DNA of 49,480 nucleotides. It comes from Octopus bimaculoides (taxonomy: Eukaryota). Positions 48,559 to 49,480 of this stretch are shown piece by piece. How positions within the stretch are numbered: the first letter of the stretch is position 1; each line of letters begins with the position of its first letter. A program made the translations under genes and the position numbers. The stretch covers positions 5,010,251 to 5,059,730 of the forward strand of contig NC_068981.1 of assembly GCF_001194135.2 (NCBI RefSeq), read 5' to 3'. A model generated the notes under the pieces. That model searched no databases. It worked only from the letters and a program-made list of their open reading frames with translations, and was not told the DNA's origin.

Positions 48559-49480
48559 TGAAGAATTTCAGTCAAACAAATTGACCCCAGGACTTTTTTT
48601 TTTTTTTAAAGCCTGGTACTTATTCTGTCGGTCTCTTTTGCCAAACTGCTAAGTAACGGGAACATAAACACACCTACACTGGTTGTCAAGCATTGGTGCA
48701 GGACAAACATATATCTATATATATGACGGGCTTCTTTCAGTTTCCGTCTGCCAAATCCACTCACAAAGCTTTGGTCAGCCCAAAGCTATAATAGAAGACA
48801 CTTGCCTAAGGTGTCCTGCAGTGGGACTGAACCTGGAACCAGTTCAGTGAAAGCGATGTTGTTGCTCTAACCAGTAAAACCTTGAAATGTGTCCTGCTTG
48901 CAAAACTTGTATCAAAACTTGCCTATGGCTTCCAACCACCTCTTCTCTTTTGGTATGTATTGATAGAGCTTTTTTTTTTTCCTTGTCTCAATCAACTCTG
49001 GTGTTCCCTGAGGGTTTGGTTTGGGCCCTGGCCCTCTTCCTTCACAACTTTGATGACCTATTTACCATCACATCCAAAGGTTTCTTTTTAGGTGTGGCTC
49101 TCTGGTTAGAAGTTTGCTTTCCAACCACATGATGCATGGCATCTTGGGCAAGTGTCCTCTACTCTAACCTCAGGCCAACCAAAGCCTTATGAGTGGGTTT
49201 GGTAGATGGAAACTAAAAGAAGCCCATCATGTATGTGTTTGTCCCCCCCACTTGATTAATAGTCAGTGTTGCTGTGTTTACATATATACACATATATATT
49301 TTTTTCATATAAAATTAGTGTACATTTAAACACAAAAGAGGTGACCCTCACAGGACACCATAAATGCTAGAAGGAACAGTCAAAGTCCAAACCACGGTTA
49401 AGAGCAATTTCGAAGAGAATGAAAAAATAAAAACATTTACAATATTTACTGCTCTTAACCATGGTTTGGACTTTGACTGT

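Overview
Eukaryotic, AT-rich, gapped genomic DNA. The repeat families look like octopus (coleoid cephalopod); this is my recognition, not a database result. The whole window appears to lie inside one + strand gene, an RSPRY1 (RING finger and SPRY domain protein 1) orthologue. Seven coding exons with canonical AG/GT sites and compatible phases are visible (14198-14363, 25704-25830, 30985-31048, 32317-32457, partial 37787-37865, 45986-46129, 48361-48472). One expected short exon is not visible, and the 5' exons and the RING-encoding 3' exons lie outside the window or in gaps. The introns are packed with tRNA-derived and other SINE-like families (my labels A-E), Tc1/mariner, hAT and TTAA-type MITEs, decayed Penelope, RTE and CR1 fragments, a 2.3 kb 23-nt-period minisatellite and microsatellites. 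Nearly all ORFs in the supplied track are repeat- or gap-derived. The most interesting signals are: (1) minimal type I hammerhead-ribozyme motifs from several unrelated repeat families, two with intact cores; (2) a composite TA-flanked element combining short TIRs, a tRNA-like Pol III cassette and a hammerhead; (3) an internally deleted 5S rRNA copy joined to a SINE tail; (4) long hairpins just downstream of SPRY-region exons; (5) a weak candidate chain of antisense nested exons. No prokaryotic features or CRISPR arrays are present.
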